Under the pieces are notes generated by a model. That model was not told where the DNA came from and did no database searches. It saw only the letters and a list, made by a program, of their open reading frames with translations. The position numbers were made by a program, and so were the translations under genes. A stretch of 64,000 nucleotides of DNA from the human T2T-CHM13v2.0 reference genome, Homo sapiens. Of this stretch, positions 13,890-31,290 are shown in pieces. Each line of letters opens with the position of its first letter. Position 1 is the stretch's first letter. The stretch lies in the NCBI RefSeq assembly GCF_009914755.1, contig NC_060925.1. One strand, 5' to 3'.

Positions 13890-15452
13890 AAATAAAAAGC
13901 TGGTGAAAATTAAATGTATCCACATATTCAACTCACAAGGCACCAGAGAGCTACTAAAGGACTTGAGGGGCCAAGATCAAAAGAGAAGCCTACAGAGCTG
14001 GGTTCAACATTTCCACCCTTTTATACGCTGAGCATTTACTGACTTGCTGAGATTTGGACTCAACATTTCCACCATTTTATAATACACTATGAGCATTTGC
14101 TGAGTTGAAACCTGCAACTCAGAGGCCAAGAAGCTAAACACCAGTTTGGGCAGTCTGCAGGCTGGAAGTATATATATTTGAGTTTGGACATCATTGAAGA
14201 GGGAGAATACTAGTAAATCCTCTAGGTGTTATTTGGGACCCCGAAAGTCAGTGTAAACTAAAAATAGACAAACTTTACAAAGGCCAAAGCCTGGGTTTGA
14301 ATTAAATTAACATCTGATTAAATTCAGATCATCTATCCCTACTTGAGCTAACTGCAAGAAGCAAGGTTATATCCTTTCTAGAGGTAGGTAACATAATCAG
14401 AAGCTCAAGTTATAACTAAAAGGTTTCATATGTAATGTCTGCATTGAGTAGAAAATAAGCATGTAAAATATGAATAATTTCAAAAATCAAGAGTAAAAAC
14501 AAAGCCACAGAAAAGTCCATATGCTGGTGGTATTTGACATGAACTCTAACATATCTGTGATTAATATGGTCAACAAATTATAGGAGAAGATGGAGAATTC
14601 AGCAGAGATCTGGGAAGTAGAAAAAGAAGTGGGGATTCTAGAATTGAAACTAATAACTGAGATTAAGAATTGACTAAATGGAGTAAAGTCAACAGCATAC
14701 AATATAATTGAAAAGAGAATTAGAGAACTGAAACATAGATCTGAAAAATCTATTTATACTACAGCCAGTATACAAAAGGATGGAAAATACATGAAATACA
14801 CAAACAAGTATGAGATATATGGAGCATGGTAAAGAGGTCTAACAGAGGTGTAGTTGGAGTCCAAGAATGAGAGAAGAGAGATAATAAATCATACATAGAA
14901 GCTATATTTGAAGAGATATTGGCCAAAAGTTTTTCAAAACTTATAAAAGAACTCAAGTGAGTTATTTTAACTTTTGAATAATCAATTAATGCAATTCCAT
15001 ATTAAAAGGATGCAAGAGAAAAATTAACAGTTGTTTACAAATGCTTTTGATACAACTTAGCACATATTCATGATTTTTTTAAAAATCATGGCAAACTACG
15101 AGTAGAAAGGAACTTATTTTGATTAAGGATATCAACAAAGAAAAAAACATAATGCAAATATCATACTTAATGGTGAAATATTACAATGTTCCAATTCTTA
15201 CCACGTTTATTCCACAGGGCCTATCTAGTGCAACAAGTCAAGAAAAATAAATGGAAAATATAAGAATTAGAAAGAAAGAAAGCTAACATCATAGATGATA
15301 CAATTATACACATATAGAATGTCAAAAGAATCTATAGATAAAATATTAAAATTAATAAGTAATTTAGCAAGGTTGCTATTGCAGAAAGTCAATACAAAAC
15401 TCTATTTTATTTCTCTAATCCAGAGGCAACCATTTAGAAAATAAAAATTTTA
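13890..15452 (+). mobile_element. Old L1M (L1ME-like) LINE, 5' part; host of the L1PA3
   Basis: Decayed ORF1/ORF2-like A-rich sequence ending aatttagcaaggttgc...ttagaaaataaaaatttta; continues after 21478. Confidence 0.75.
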
Positions 15453-16330
15453 GGGAGGAGCCAAGATGGCCGAATAGGAACAGCTCCCGTCTACAGCTCC
15501 CAGCTTGAGCGACACAGCAGACGGTGATTTCTGCATTTCCGTCTGAGGTACGGGGTTCATCTCACTAGGGAGTGCCAGTCAGTGGGCGCAGGACAGTGGG
15601 TGCCGCGCACCATGCACGAGCTGAAGCAGGGCAAGGCATTGCCTCACTCGGGAAGTGCAAGGGGTCAGGGAGTTCCCTTTCCTAGTCAAAGAAAGGGGTG
15701 ACAGCACCTGGAAAATCGGGTGACTCCCACCCGAATATTGCGCTTTTCCGACGGGCTTAAAAAACAGCACACCAGATTATATCCCGCACCTGGCTCGGAG
15801 GGTCCTACGCCCACGGAGTCTCACTGATTGCTAGCACAGCAGTCTGAGATCAAACTGCAAGGCTGCAGCGAGGCTGGGGGAGGGGCGCCCGCCATTGCCC
15901 AGGCTTGCTTAGGTAAGCAAAGCAGCCGGGAAGCTCGAACTGGGTGGAGCCCACCACAGCTCAAGGAGGCCTGCCTGCCTCTGTAGGCTCCACCTCTGGG
16001 GGCAGGGAACAGACAAAAAGACAGCAGTAACCTCTGCAGACTTAAATGTCCCTGTCTGACAGCTTTGAAGAGAGCAGTGGTTCTCCCAGCACGCAGCTGG
16101 AGACCTGAGAACGGGCAGACTGCCTCCTTAAGTGGGTCCCTGACCCCTGAACCCCGAGCAGCCTAACTGAGAGGCACCCCCCAGCAGGGGCAGACTGACA
16201 CCTCACACAGACCTGCAGCTGAGGGTCCTGTCTGTTAGAAGGAAAACTAACAAACAGAAAGGACATCCACACCAAAATCCCATCTGTACATCACCATCAT
16301 CAAAGACCAAAAGTAGATAAAACCACAAAG
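15453..16330 (+). promoter_or_regulatory. L1 5' UTR internal sense/antisense promoter with YY1 site
   Basis: YY1 motif AAGATGGCC at 15463-15471; CpG-rich relative to flanks. Activity is not shown by the sequence. Confidence 0.75.
15821..15895 (-). pseudogene. L1 ORF0, truncated
   Basis: MAGAPPPASLQPCSLISDCCASNQ then TGA at codon 25, where the consensus has Arg (CGA). Confidence 0.8.
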
Positions 16331-17347
16331 ATGGGGAAAAAACAGAGCAGAAAAACTGGAAACTCTGAAACGCAGAGCGCCTCTCCTCCTCCAAAGGAAC
16401 GGAGTTCCTCACCAGCAACGGAACAAAGCTGGACGGAGAATGACTTTGAAGAGCTGAGAGAAGAAGGCTTCAGACGATCAAATTACTCCGAGCTACGGGA
16501 GGACATTCAAACCAAAGGCAAAGAAGTTGAAAACTTTGAAAAACATTTAGAAGAATGTATAATTAGAATAACCAATACAGAGAAGTGCTTAAAGGAGCTG
16601 ATGGAGCTGAAAACCAAGGCTCGAGAACTACGTGAAGAATGCAGAAGCCTCAGGAGCCGATGCGATCACCTAGAAGAAAGGGTATCAGCGATGGAAGATG
16701 AGATGAATGAAATGAAGTGAGAAGGGAAGATTAGAGAAAAAAGAATAAAAAGAAACGAACAAAGCCTCCAAGAAATATGGGACTATGTGAAAAGACCAAA
16801 TCTACGTCTGATTGGTGTACCTGAAAGTGACGGGGAGAATGGAACCAAGTTGAAAAACACTCTGCAGGATATTATCCAGGAGAACTCCCCCAATCTAGCA
16901 AGGCAGGCCAACATTCAGATTCAGGAAATACAGAGAACGCCACAAAGATACTCCTCGAGAAGAGCAACTCCAAGACACATAATTGTCAGATTCACCAAAG
17001 TTGAAATGAAGGAAAAAATGTTAAGGGCAGCCAGAGAGAAAGGTAGGGTTATCCTCAAAGGGAAGCCCATCAGACTAACAGCGGATCTCTTGGCAGAAAC
17101 TCTACAAGCCAGAAGAGAGTGGGGGCCAATATTCAACATTCTTAAAGAAAAGAATTTTCAACCCAGAATTTCATATCCAGCCAAACTAAGCTTCATAAGT
17201 GAAGGAGAAATAAAATACTTTACAGACAAGCAAATGCTGAGAGATTTTGTCACCACCAGGCCTGCCCTAAAAGAGCTCTTGAAGGAAGTGCTAAACATGG
17301 AAAGGAAAAACCAGTACCAGCCACTGCAAAATCATGCCAAAATGTAA
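16331..17347 (+). pseudogene. L1 ORF1p with one premature stop
   Basis: MGKKQSRK...NHAKM, 339 codons in one frame; TGA at 16718-16720 replaces the consensus CGA. Confidence 0.95.
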
Positions 17348-17383
17348 AGACCATCGAGACTAGGAAGAAACTGCATCAACTAA

Positions 17384-21247
<3,864 letters not shown>

Positions 21248-21478
21248 ACAATGAGAACACATGGACACAGGAAGGGGAACATCACACTTTGGGGACTGTT
21301 GTGGGGTGGGGGGAGGGGGGAGGGATAGCATTGGGAGATATACCTAATGCTAGATGAGGAGTTAGTACGTGCAGCGCACCAACATGGCACGTATATGCAT
21401 ATGTAACTAACCTGCACATTGTGCACATGTACCCTAAAACTTAAAGTATAATAATAATAAAATAAATAAAAATGTTTA

Positions 21479-23150
21479 AATAGCATGATTTACAATAAAA
21501 TAAAAATATTAAGTACCTAGGAAGGAAGATGTGTAAGACATCTATGCAGAAAGGTATAAAACATTGAGAGTAACTAAAGAAGTCATAAATAAATCGAGGG
21601 ATATATGATGTTCATTGATTGGAAAACAGTATTATAAATGTGACAGTTTCTTCCCGGTTGTTCTATAGATTCAGTGTACTTCAGTTCAGCATTCTAGCAG
21701 ATTTGTGTGTAAGAGGATGGAAATTGGTAGACATCCTAAAACTTAGATGGAAAGGATCAATAATAAGACAGTCTTGAAAAAGAACAAAGTTGGGAAAACT
21801 CCATAATGCCAGATAGCAGAACATATTACGAAGTAATTAAGAATGGTATTGAGGGAAGGACAGACAACCCAGAGGAAAACAGATTAAGGAGCCCAGAAAC
21901 AAACTCACACATGTATGGACAGTTAATTTGTGGCAAAGATGCCGTTGCCAGAGCTGTAAGGAAGCAATGTATTTTTCAGTGAAATAGTACCCTGCCGATT
22001 GGTTATCACTATGGCAGAAATTGAATTTTGGCCCTTCTCCTTATACTATGCATACAAATACATTCCAAACAGATTAAAAACTTAAGTATGAAATTTAAAA
22101 AAATAAAGTTCCTAAAAGACAAGGTCTTCATGACTTTGAGATAGACAATTTTCCTAAATAGGACATTAATGTAAGTACAACCATAAAGAAAAGGATTGGT
22201 AAATAAGACTATGTTAAAATAAGAAACTTCTTTTCATCAAAAGCTTCCATTAAAAGAGTGAAAATGCAAGCCACAAAGTGGAAGGAAATAGTTGCAATGC
22301 ATATAACAAAAGATGTGTATCCAGAGTATGTAAAGAATGTCTACACATTAATGAGAAAAGAACAATTATTTTGACAGAACAATGGTTAAATGTGTATAAA
22401 TGTGTGCATATATACATTTGAGCAGCTTTGCAGAAAAGAGGATATACAAATGGACAATAAGATACGAAAAATTGTCCAGCCTTGTTAGTCATTAGGAAAG
22501 TCCAAATTAAAACCATACTATGATATCACTACACACCCTGCAGGTTGGCTAAAATCAAACGGTTTGATAATGCCAAGTATTGATGGGGATATCAAACACC
22601 TGAAATGCTCAAGCATTGATGTGGAAATATGACCACACTTTGGGAAAGAGTTTGGCAGTATCATGATAGGCTATGATTCAGCAGTCCTATTCTTAGACAT
22701 ATATCCAACAGAAATGTGTACCAGAAAAAATACGTATATAGTAATACATGTAAAACCATTATTTGCAATAGGCAAAAACTGCAAACCCCCAGTTCCCATC
22801 AATAATAGAATTCATCAATGTTTGGTATATTCGTGGAGTAAAGGATTTTATGGCAACAAAAATGTACAAAATATTGCTACATGCAGCAGTGTGGTTGAAT
22901 CTCACAAACATGGGTGACTGAAGCTGGCACAAAGAAAATACACCGAATGGTTTAAAAATTAAGCAAATCCTGTGGTGTAGACATCTGGACAGTGGTTATC
23001 TCTGGCAAGGCATGGTATTTGGAAAAGGACATGAGGTTTATTTCTTGATCTGGATAGGTGTGTTTACTTTGTAAGACTCCACTAAATTCTATACTTAAAA
23101 TCTGTAGCTTTTTAATGTAGGTTATACTTCATTGATAAGGTTTATTAAAA
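21479..23150 (+). mobile_element. Old L1M (L1ME-like) LINE, 3' part
   Basis: Resumes ORF2-like sequence (tttacaat...aagtacctagg) after the TSD; 3' UTR tttcttgatctgg...tatacttca. Confidence 0.8.
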
Positions 23151-24239
23151 ATATCAAAGGCTCTGGGCCGCCCTGTGCTAGGCACTGGGAATGCAGACAT
23201 GAGTATGAAATAACCTGGCTCTGAAGAACGGAGAGGAGGAGGTGAGTGGTAATTAATAAACAATTAGAGAAGGAGTTTGTTAGAAGTGAAGTCAGGGTGT
23301 GTCACTTTATATGTCAGCACACAAAGGAGCAACTCCCAACTCAACACACTTCCTGCCTGTATTAGGTGCTTCATAAATGTTAAATTCTACTCCCACCTTG
23401 CTATACTCATAATCATGAGTAATCAAGTAAGGGAAAAATTATGTTATGAATCCTCTTTTTTAGTGCACAATCCATGTTAGTGATAGTGGTGGCAAGTAGG
23501 CTTTTTTATTTGTCTGTTTGTTTGTTTGTTTTTTGATGTCTTTAACAGTGAGCCTTCCTCAAACAATGTATTAGATAGAATTGCAACTTCCTCAGCTGAA
23601 ATTATTTCATCAGTGATTACTTTCTCCATGGAATGTTAATACATTGAGTTTCTCTTGTATATATAACCAGGGATTCTGAGCCTCTTTCATCTCTGCCTTG
23701 GGCCACACAGCCCCATAGAAAGATGATGGAAGGGAGAAGAAGGGAAGAACACCTGCCAGCCTGCCAGAATTTCGGCTATAGATTGGCAAGCAGACAGCTG
23801 AATGGAGGGAGGATATGGACAATGAAAAGGACCATCTAACTTGAGGGCACAGTGCCCACCGACAGCACAGCAGGTGCTGCCAGGCCTGTACAGAGCTGGA
23901 AATCCTGGCAAGATGGTAGCTGCTCCATCTTGTCTGGCCTAGTTACTGCCTCTGGCCCATGCTGAAGGGAGTCTGGGGAGTTACCATTCCAAAGAACTCA
24001 CAAGAAAACAGAACTGACTTGGATATATTCCAGGTTTGCCTAGTGGTACTTCAAAATGGTAGATTGAATGTTATTTTAAAAGTCATTTTAAAATTATTTC
24101 CTTTGAAATACAGAATTTAATAGGAGAAAAATCAGAAGGAGAATGAAAAATAATATGGATATGCAGAATATATCCGAAAGAAATGTGTACTTCAATGTAC
24201 CAAAAATATGTACAGGGATACAGATAACACCATTTCAAC

Positions 24240-24470
24240 AGCTTAATGGTTAGAAAGAAGTATGATTTCTGGAGCCAGACTACCTAAGTTTATATTCCAT
24301 GCTGTCACCTACTGTCTTTGTGATCATGTGTCAGTTACTGAACGTGCTGAGTCTAAATATTTCATCTCCAAAATGGGCATCATCATAGCAGTTGTAAGAA
24401 TTAAATAAGTTAATTTACCTAAAACACTCAAAACAGCACCTGTCCTGCGTAAATACTACACAACTACTAG
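24240..24470 (+). mobile_element. MIR SINE
   Basis: tctggagccagactacct...catctccaaaatggg...gaattaaataag. Confidence 0.7.
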
Positions 24471-24859
24471 CTGCTGCTGATGATAACAGCTAAGCCATTT
24501 TTGTGGCTGAGAGTCAGCAGCCACAGCCAGGGTGGAGGAGATCCTTGTAATCATAAGGTCAGAGGAAAGAGGGCCTCAGTAAAGAAGGCTTCTTAGGCCC
24601 ATACAGCGGGAATTACTTCTTGCCAAAAGGCTTGTTTGTCCTCTCTTGAAGCCATGATTAGTCTGCCTCTGCCATGTCGTTGGCTCCTCAGGAGATTACA
24701 AGCTCTCTGAGGACAGAGATTACATTTTTTTTCAAGTATTATTTCCCCAGCAGTGCTGAGCACAGTACCTGATGTAAAGTTGTGCTCTGTAAATGTTTAC
24801 TGAATTGAATCCTTCTAAACAGAGGAGGGAGATACTATTAATCAGGGCTGAACGTGTGA

Positions 24860-25303
<444 letters not shown>

Positions 25304-26537
25304 TGATATCTGGAAGTGTCTCCCTCAAAGTCAGTGCCCTCCCTCACAGGCACTCATTCCCTAAGGCACCTAGGATGGGCACAGAGAAAGGAGAACCAAG
25401 CTTGGCTGGGGCTGCTGTCCAGAGAAGGTGGGCAGGTGTCAAGAGCAGGTGCAGAGGTGGAGAGGAGAGCTAAATCTTGTCCTCAGTAGAAGCAGAGATG
25501 TCATTTCAACTGCAGGTTTTGAAAAATGTCAGTGCATACTTCATGAGATTTTCTGAATTCATTTTTACTCTCATCTTCTACACTATTTATCTAAGCTGTT
25601 GTTCTCTTTGAAACTATGTCAGCCACATGTCATTCATTGTGCCACAACCCTGGGCTTTTTATCCTGCTTAGGGTTTTGTTTTGTTTTGCTTGTTTTTTCT
25701 CCCCAGCTGCTCTGCCTATCACTTAATTCTCTGAGCCCTCTGGCCTGAGTCTTATCCGGTGGTGTGGGTCACCTTACAATCCCGTTTCTAGTCTCCTGGG
25801 AGTAGTGGTGGCAGGCGAGGGATAGAATCAACATCCAGGTTCAGAATCTATTTGTCTTTTTTGGTCTTATTGTCCGAAGCTTGAGTCAAGGATAAATTAA
25901 TCAGTCTAGAGGTGGGAGAGCCCTCTAACCCTCCCCAGGGAAAATCCTAGCCTTTATAGAAACTTGGCCTGGTTTTGGCTCTCAGATTTAATTCCAAGCT
26001 GTGAAGAATCTGTCAATGTTCAACTAACCCTGACAAAACCTTTGGAAGTTTCTGTTGCAACCGAAACTCTTATCACAGGAGGTGGTACTGAGCTTGGCAT
26101 CAGAGGTTGGAGAGAGAAGAGAGCTAGCCTGCTAATTAATATTTTTTTTCCTTAAATTTCAGGCTTTTTTTTTTAGTTTAAATGTTCTAAAGAACCTGTC
26201 CTGTCACTTCCCATCTGTTTCCTGGTGTTTTCCTCAAGCATCTCACTGGTTTGTTTTATGTTTTTGAGGGGATTATCTGGGGTGCTGATTACTTTCCCTA
26301 CCTTCAAGGAGCCTTTGAATAATTTTATAAATGAGACCATTTGTCTAGGGGCAAGAGAAGGTTGCTGAAGGCAACCTAGTCCTGCTTTCTCCCAAGAGAA
26401 ATTGTACACTAACATTTGTTTAGTAGTGCCTATATCCCAAGTACAAGGCTCTTGCCTTATACCTAGGATGAGCAACTATTCCAGTTTGCCCCAAGATAAG
26501 CTGGGGGGTTTCCTTGGGTCCTGGACCTTAAATAGAG

Positions 26538-27091
26538 TGTAGACGAGGAGAGTTATCTTTTCTTCTGTCTATCCTAGGTTCATAGCTGGGGCCCTTTTAA
26601 CAAAAGATAGATTAACAAGAGAGAAGCATACACATTTATGTAATATGTTTTATGTGATATGGGAGGTATCATACAGAAATGTAGACCCAGAGGAACAGTT
26701 AAACATGAGTATTTTTATGTTAGGCTTGATGAAGAGTAGACAGACATGGAAAAATATGATAGGGCAAGAAGGGCATGATTTAATGGTAATAAACTGGGGA
26801 ACTTAGCAAAGCCTGTTAGTGCAGTTTCATCCGTGTGATCCTTCATCTCCAGATACAAGGATGGTGCTTTCCTTTGAGTACAGGGAGGGCACCTCTCACA
26901 TGAGGGTCTTATGACCTGCTTCAGGGGACAGTCAGAAAATCCTAGGTTTAATGACCTGCTTTAGGGGAGAATGGTGGGGGAAAGGTAAGAGTGACCTCTA
27001 TGCCTCTATGATTTTCTCAGATACCTTCAGCTTAAACTATTCAAAATACTAACATGCCATATTTTGGGATAGCATGTCCTGAACCCCATCA
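26538..27091 (-). mobile_element. MER31-like (MER31/MER34 group, ERV1) solo LTR
   Basis: Minus strand begins TGATGGGGTTCAGGACATGCTATCCCAAAATATGGCA and ends ...CTACA; 4-bp flanks agag/agtg. It appears to interrupt a MER94-like fragment (about 26465-26537 and 27092-27118). Confidence 0.8.
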
Positions 27092-28944
27092 AGTGCAGAT
27101 ACCAGGAAAAATGACCCTGTAAAGGAAATGCCATTATTTCCACCTTACAAGTGAGAAAAGTGAGTTTCGAAGAGGTGTGTTCACTTACAGAAGTTTGCAC
27201 AGGAAACTGGTGGTGAGAAAGAATCAAATATACATCTGTCAGACTTCAGACCCAGAACTTTACACTAACCAACTTCTTCAGAATGCAGAGTTCCATCTCC
27301 TTCAGACTGTGTAGCTCAACAGTTTTGTACCATCTGGCTATTTTTCTCTACTGTGTATTTGACTTTGTCTCTTTTGTCTCAGGGTGTACTTGAAAGCCTT
27401 TACCTCCCCATCTTCCTTCCCTGATGGCTGATATACTTCTGCCTCACCTGCTTTAGGAGCCCCTGCCTCCAACCATCCAAACTAGGTCAGGGGCTGGGGC
27501 TCCTTCCTTCTGTTAGACTATTCAGATCTGAGTCACTGGTCATTCGCATAGTGTCTTATAAATGTCTGCCTGTGTATTTTTCCACCACTGCTAGACTGGG
27601 ATCTTGTAGAATACAAGGAAACAACTTTCATCTTTAGATTTCTAGCACCCAGCATAGTTCCTGGCTTATAATTGGGGATCAGTAAATAGCTGTTGAATTA
27701 ATCAATTTATAAATTTTCAGGAAGCATTTGTGTGCCTTCGAGTCACAGTATTTGATCTATTTAAGGACTTATTCCATAAGATGCATTTGTGATGCTTAGG
27801 CCAGTTCTCTTAATTTTTTTTTCTATTTTTAATTTTTACAAAGTAATTTTTGTGAGTTAACTTGGCTGTTTGGATTAGATTTCAACCTGATACTTTACCA
27901 TGCCTAATGTCTGAGAATGAGAAATTGTCTTTTCTGAAGTCATAGATGATAATGTCCAAGTAATCTAGAGGCTGTGTTGAAGTTAGGAAGAAAGGAATTT
28001 CTGACATCAAGTTTTTGCTTTGTCTTCACTGTGGATTTTTCTAGTTTTCTCTAAGTCTCAAATTTCCAAGCTATACATATTAGCCTACCTTTGAGATTTG
28101 ATCTTTCTGGGTAGGAAGGAGAAACAGGAGTGAGACCCAGTTATCAGAAGGTCTGTTCTTTGTTCTCTCCACTCCTCGCAATACAACCAGCCTCTTGAAT
28201 TGGTTTCTGATTGCTCTAAGTCATGGAGGAGTGTGGCATGAAGACAGAAATGATGAATGCCATCCCAAGTTAAACTGCAGTATGCATGGTGCTACATGTA
28301 ATTGTGGCTTTTCATGAAATAAGCAGATTTTGGTTTATTCTTAATGTTTAAAATGCTAGCCTGGGTTATACCTACTACCTGGTACCTCATTTTCCTTATT
28401 CCTTTGGGCCCGCAATTATTTTGTCATCAGTTGTATAGTCAAGGACAGAAAACAGATGTTCCAATCAATCTAAGTAAACCCAAATAACTCTGGCAAAGCA
28501 CACACCGTGCTGAAATCAAATGAACTGTTATGCCAAGCCTTGCTATTAACACCAAAGATTGGAAGTTGTTGGTAGTAACATCAAAAATGGTGAAAATATA
28601 TTGAGTAAACTGTCCCAGACATTGTTCCCCTCAGTTAATCTCCATGATAGCCCTATAAGCCACATTCTATCATCATTCCAATTTTATAGATCAGGAGACT
28701 GAGACATAGGAAACTTAAGTGATTTGACCTACTTGCCAGACTTGAAACCAAGCAGTCGAGTTCCAGTGCCCTTGCTTTGAACCATTACGCCCTAACTAGT
28801 TCATATATCTAGTAAATGTCTGTTTACATCTCATGTAGAAAAAGACCTTCCCTATTATCTTGCTCTGCAGAGGGTGGGAGGGTTGGGGTGGGGAGGGGGC
28901 AGTGGCAGTGTCAAGGTGTGTAAAATTTCTCTGTTGACTTAAAG

Positions 28945-28949
<5 letters not shown>

Positions 28950-28995
<46 letters not shown>

Positions 28996-29009
28996 ATTAT
29001 TATTATTAT
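28950..29009. repeat. Compound microsatellite (GAT)15(TAT)5 forming the Alu tail
   Basis: Counted directly. Confidence 0.95.
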
Positions 29010-29299
29010 TTGAGACGGAGTCTGGCTCTGTTTCCCAGTGCAATGGCGCGATCTCGGCTCACTGCAATCTCCGGCTCAGTGCAAGCTCTGCTTCCCAGGT
29101 TCACGCCATTCTCCTGCCTCAGCCTCCCAAGTAGCTGGGACTATAGGTGCCGCCACCACGCCCGGCTAATTTTTTGTATTTTTAGTAGAGACAGGGTTTC
29201 ACTGTGTTAGCCAGGATGGTCTCGATCTCCTGACCTCGTGATCCACCCTCCTTGGCCTCCCAAAGTGCTGGGATTACAGGCGTGAGCTACCACACCCAG
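29010..29299 (-). mobile_element. AluY SINE
   Basis: aagctc...ttcacgccattctcc and gtgttagccaggatggtctcgatc diagnostics. Confidence 0.92.
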
Positions 29300-29408
29300 T
29301 GCAGTAAAAGTAAACCTACTTTAGGATTTAGTTGGGGTAAGTTCTAGACCACATTTCTTTCAAGGTCAAAGCAATACTTCATGAAACATTGGGATTACCT
29401 TTTTGACT

Positions 29409-29707
29409 TTTTTTTTTTTTTTTTTTTGAGATGGAGTCTCGCTCTGTGGCCCAGGCTTGAATGCAGTGGCGCGATCTCGATTCACTGCATCCTCCACCTC
29501 CTGCATTCAAGCAATTCTCCTGCCTCAGCCCCCTGAGCAGCTTGGACTACAGGCGCGTGCCACCATGCCTAGCTAATTTTTATATTTGTAGTAAAGACGG
29601 GGTTTCACCATATTAGCCAGGCTGGTCTTGAACTCCTGACCTCATGATCCACCTGCCTCGGCCTCCCAAAGTGCTGAGATTACGGGCATAAGCCACCATG
29701 CCCGGCC
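29409..29707 (-). mobile_element. AluS (Sg/Sc-like) SINE
   Basis: Full dimer; perfect 12-bp TSD acctttttgact at 29397-29408 and 29708-29719. Confidence 0.93.
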
Positions 29708-31090
29708 ACCTTTTTGACTGTTTTACTCCCCTTCATTTGCTAGGCTTGAGGTTAACCCTTTGGGTTTGCTTTAGTGGCATTTTGACAGTAAGTCCTGAAA
29801 GAGATCTGAGTTCAGCTATCCTATTGTCTAGGAATAGTTGGAGTTCTTGTAAGTAGTTGAAAAGAAAGGAACTAGCTTCTGTGAACTCCACGAGATAATG
29901 TAGGATAAGGTAGAATTAGAGTCAGGTAGATCTGGGTGTGATATAGTCCCACCCCGAGGTCCCCCACAATTTAGTAGTGTGGGACCTTGTAGAAGTTGCT
30001 TGGAAAACTTTACTCTCCTTTTCTCTATTTGTAAATCAAAGTGATAATAACTACCTTGCAGTATCACTGTGGGAATCAAATATGATAATATTTGCAAAGT
30101 GTCAAGCACAAAGCAATCTCCCAATAATCAAGGATCTTAGAACCTTTAGTCTTTACCAGTGATTTTTGACAAGGTATGTTGTGAGGCTCCAGTAATTACA
30201 TTATTACCCATGAGTTGTCACTCAAAACCAATCAATATTTTTCACCTTTATTCATATTTAAGACACGGAGCCTTTGTCCGTGATTAAATGTGCTATTGTT
30301 ACCTAGAAAATGTCTTGTGCTTTACTAGTATGTGACTTCTGCCACACACATTCATTTATTCATTCATTCATTCATCAACAATAACAACAAAAAATAGTGA
30401 GCTACTGCAGTGTGAAGACTTGCCCTGGCCTCCGTTTGCTTATAGTGTAGTAGAGGGATTTGTTTGTGTTGTCTGTGCAGACACATAAACTAAAGTTACA
30501 GTGACAGAATCTGTAGAGAGTCAGAAGATGGGCTACAAAGGAAGGAGGCTTGGTCGGTTCTGCTGGTCTGGGGTGTTTTGGGGATGTGGGGAGATGTGAT
30601 CAGGAAAGGCTTCTGATGCTGCAACTGAGTCTTCAAAATGGAGTTGGTGTTCCCCAGGATTGTTATGGGATGAGGTGTATTGGTGGAAAGGATATCCTAG
30701 GCAGAGGGAGCAAAGTAAACAAATGCTTAGTGGCAAGGACCACCAAATCACATTCAGGAATAAGGAGAAAAGGTCCCAACCATATGGAACCCTGCTCATG
30801 CCAGGCAATTCTGCAGGTCGTGGATGGCGTATCTCCCATTTATTGAGTACTGGTGTGTTCCACCTAAATCTCATTTAATTCTCACAGCAACTTTGTGGGT
30901 GAGTATTGCTATCCAAATTCTTCAGATATGGAAATTGAAGTTCTAAGGGGTCAAGGCATCTTTGCCCAAGGGGATGAAAGAGGGATTCAAGTCTAACTCT
31001 GAAGAAGTAGATAAACAACAAAAACAGCAATAACAATAATAAAAGTAATAAAAACAGCAAAGGTTCATATAGTACTAGGCATGTTTTAAC

Positions 31091-31290
31091 CTGTACCGTT
31101 CAATATAATATCCACTAGCTATATGTTGCTACTTAAATGTGAATTAATTAGGATAGAATAAAAAATTCAGTCCTCAGTTGTACTAGCCACATTTTCAGGG
31201 CTCAATTGCCACATGTGTCTGGTATCTATTGTATCAGACAGTGCAAATATAGAACATTTCCATCATCACAGAATGCTCTTATTAGCACTG
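31091..31290. mobile_element. MER3-like (hAT-Charlie) DNA transposon
   Basis: tagccacattttcagggctcaa...atagaacatttccatcatcacagaa. Confidence 0.8.

Noticed and set aside
27381-27485. Candidate extra exon (acceptor tttgtctcAG, donor-like AG|GTCAGG)
   Set aside because: Weak donor, a stop codon in the frame compatible with the FGGY intron phase, and no FGGY-like peptide.
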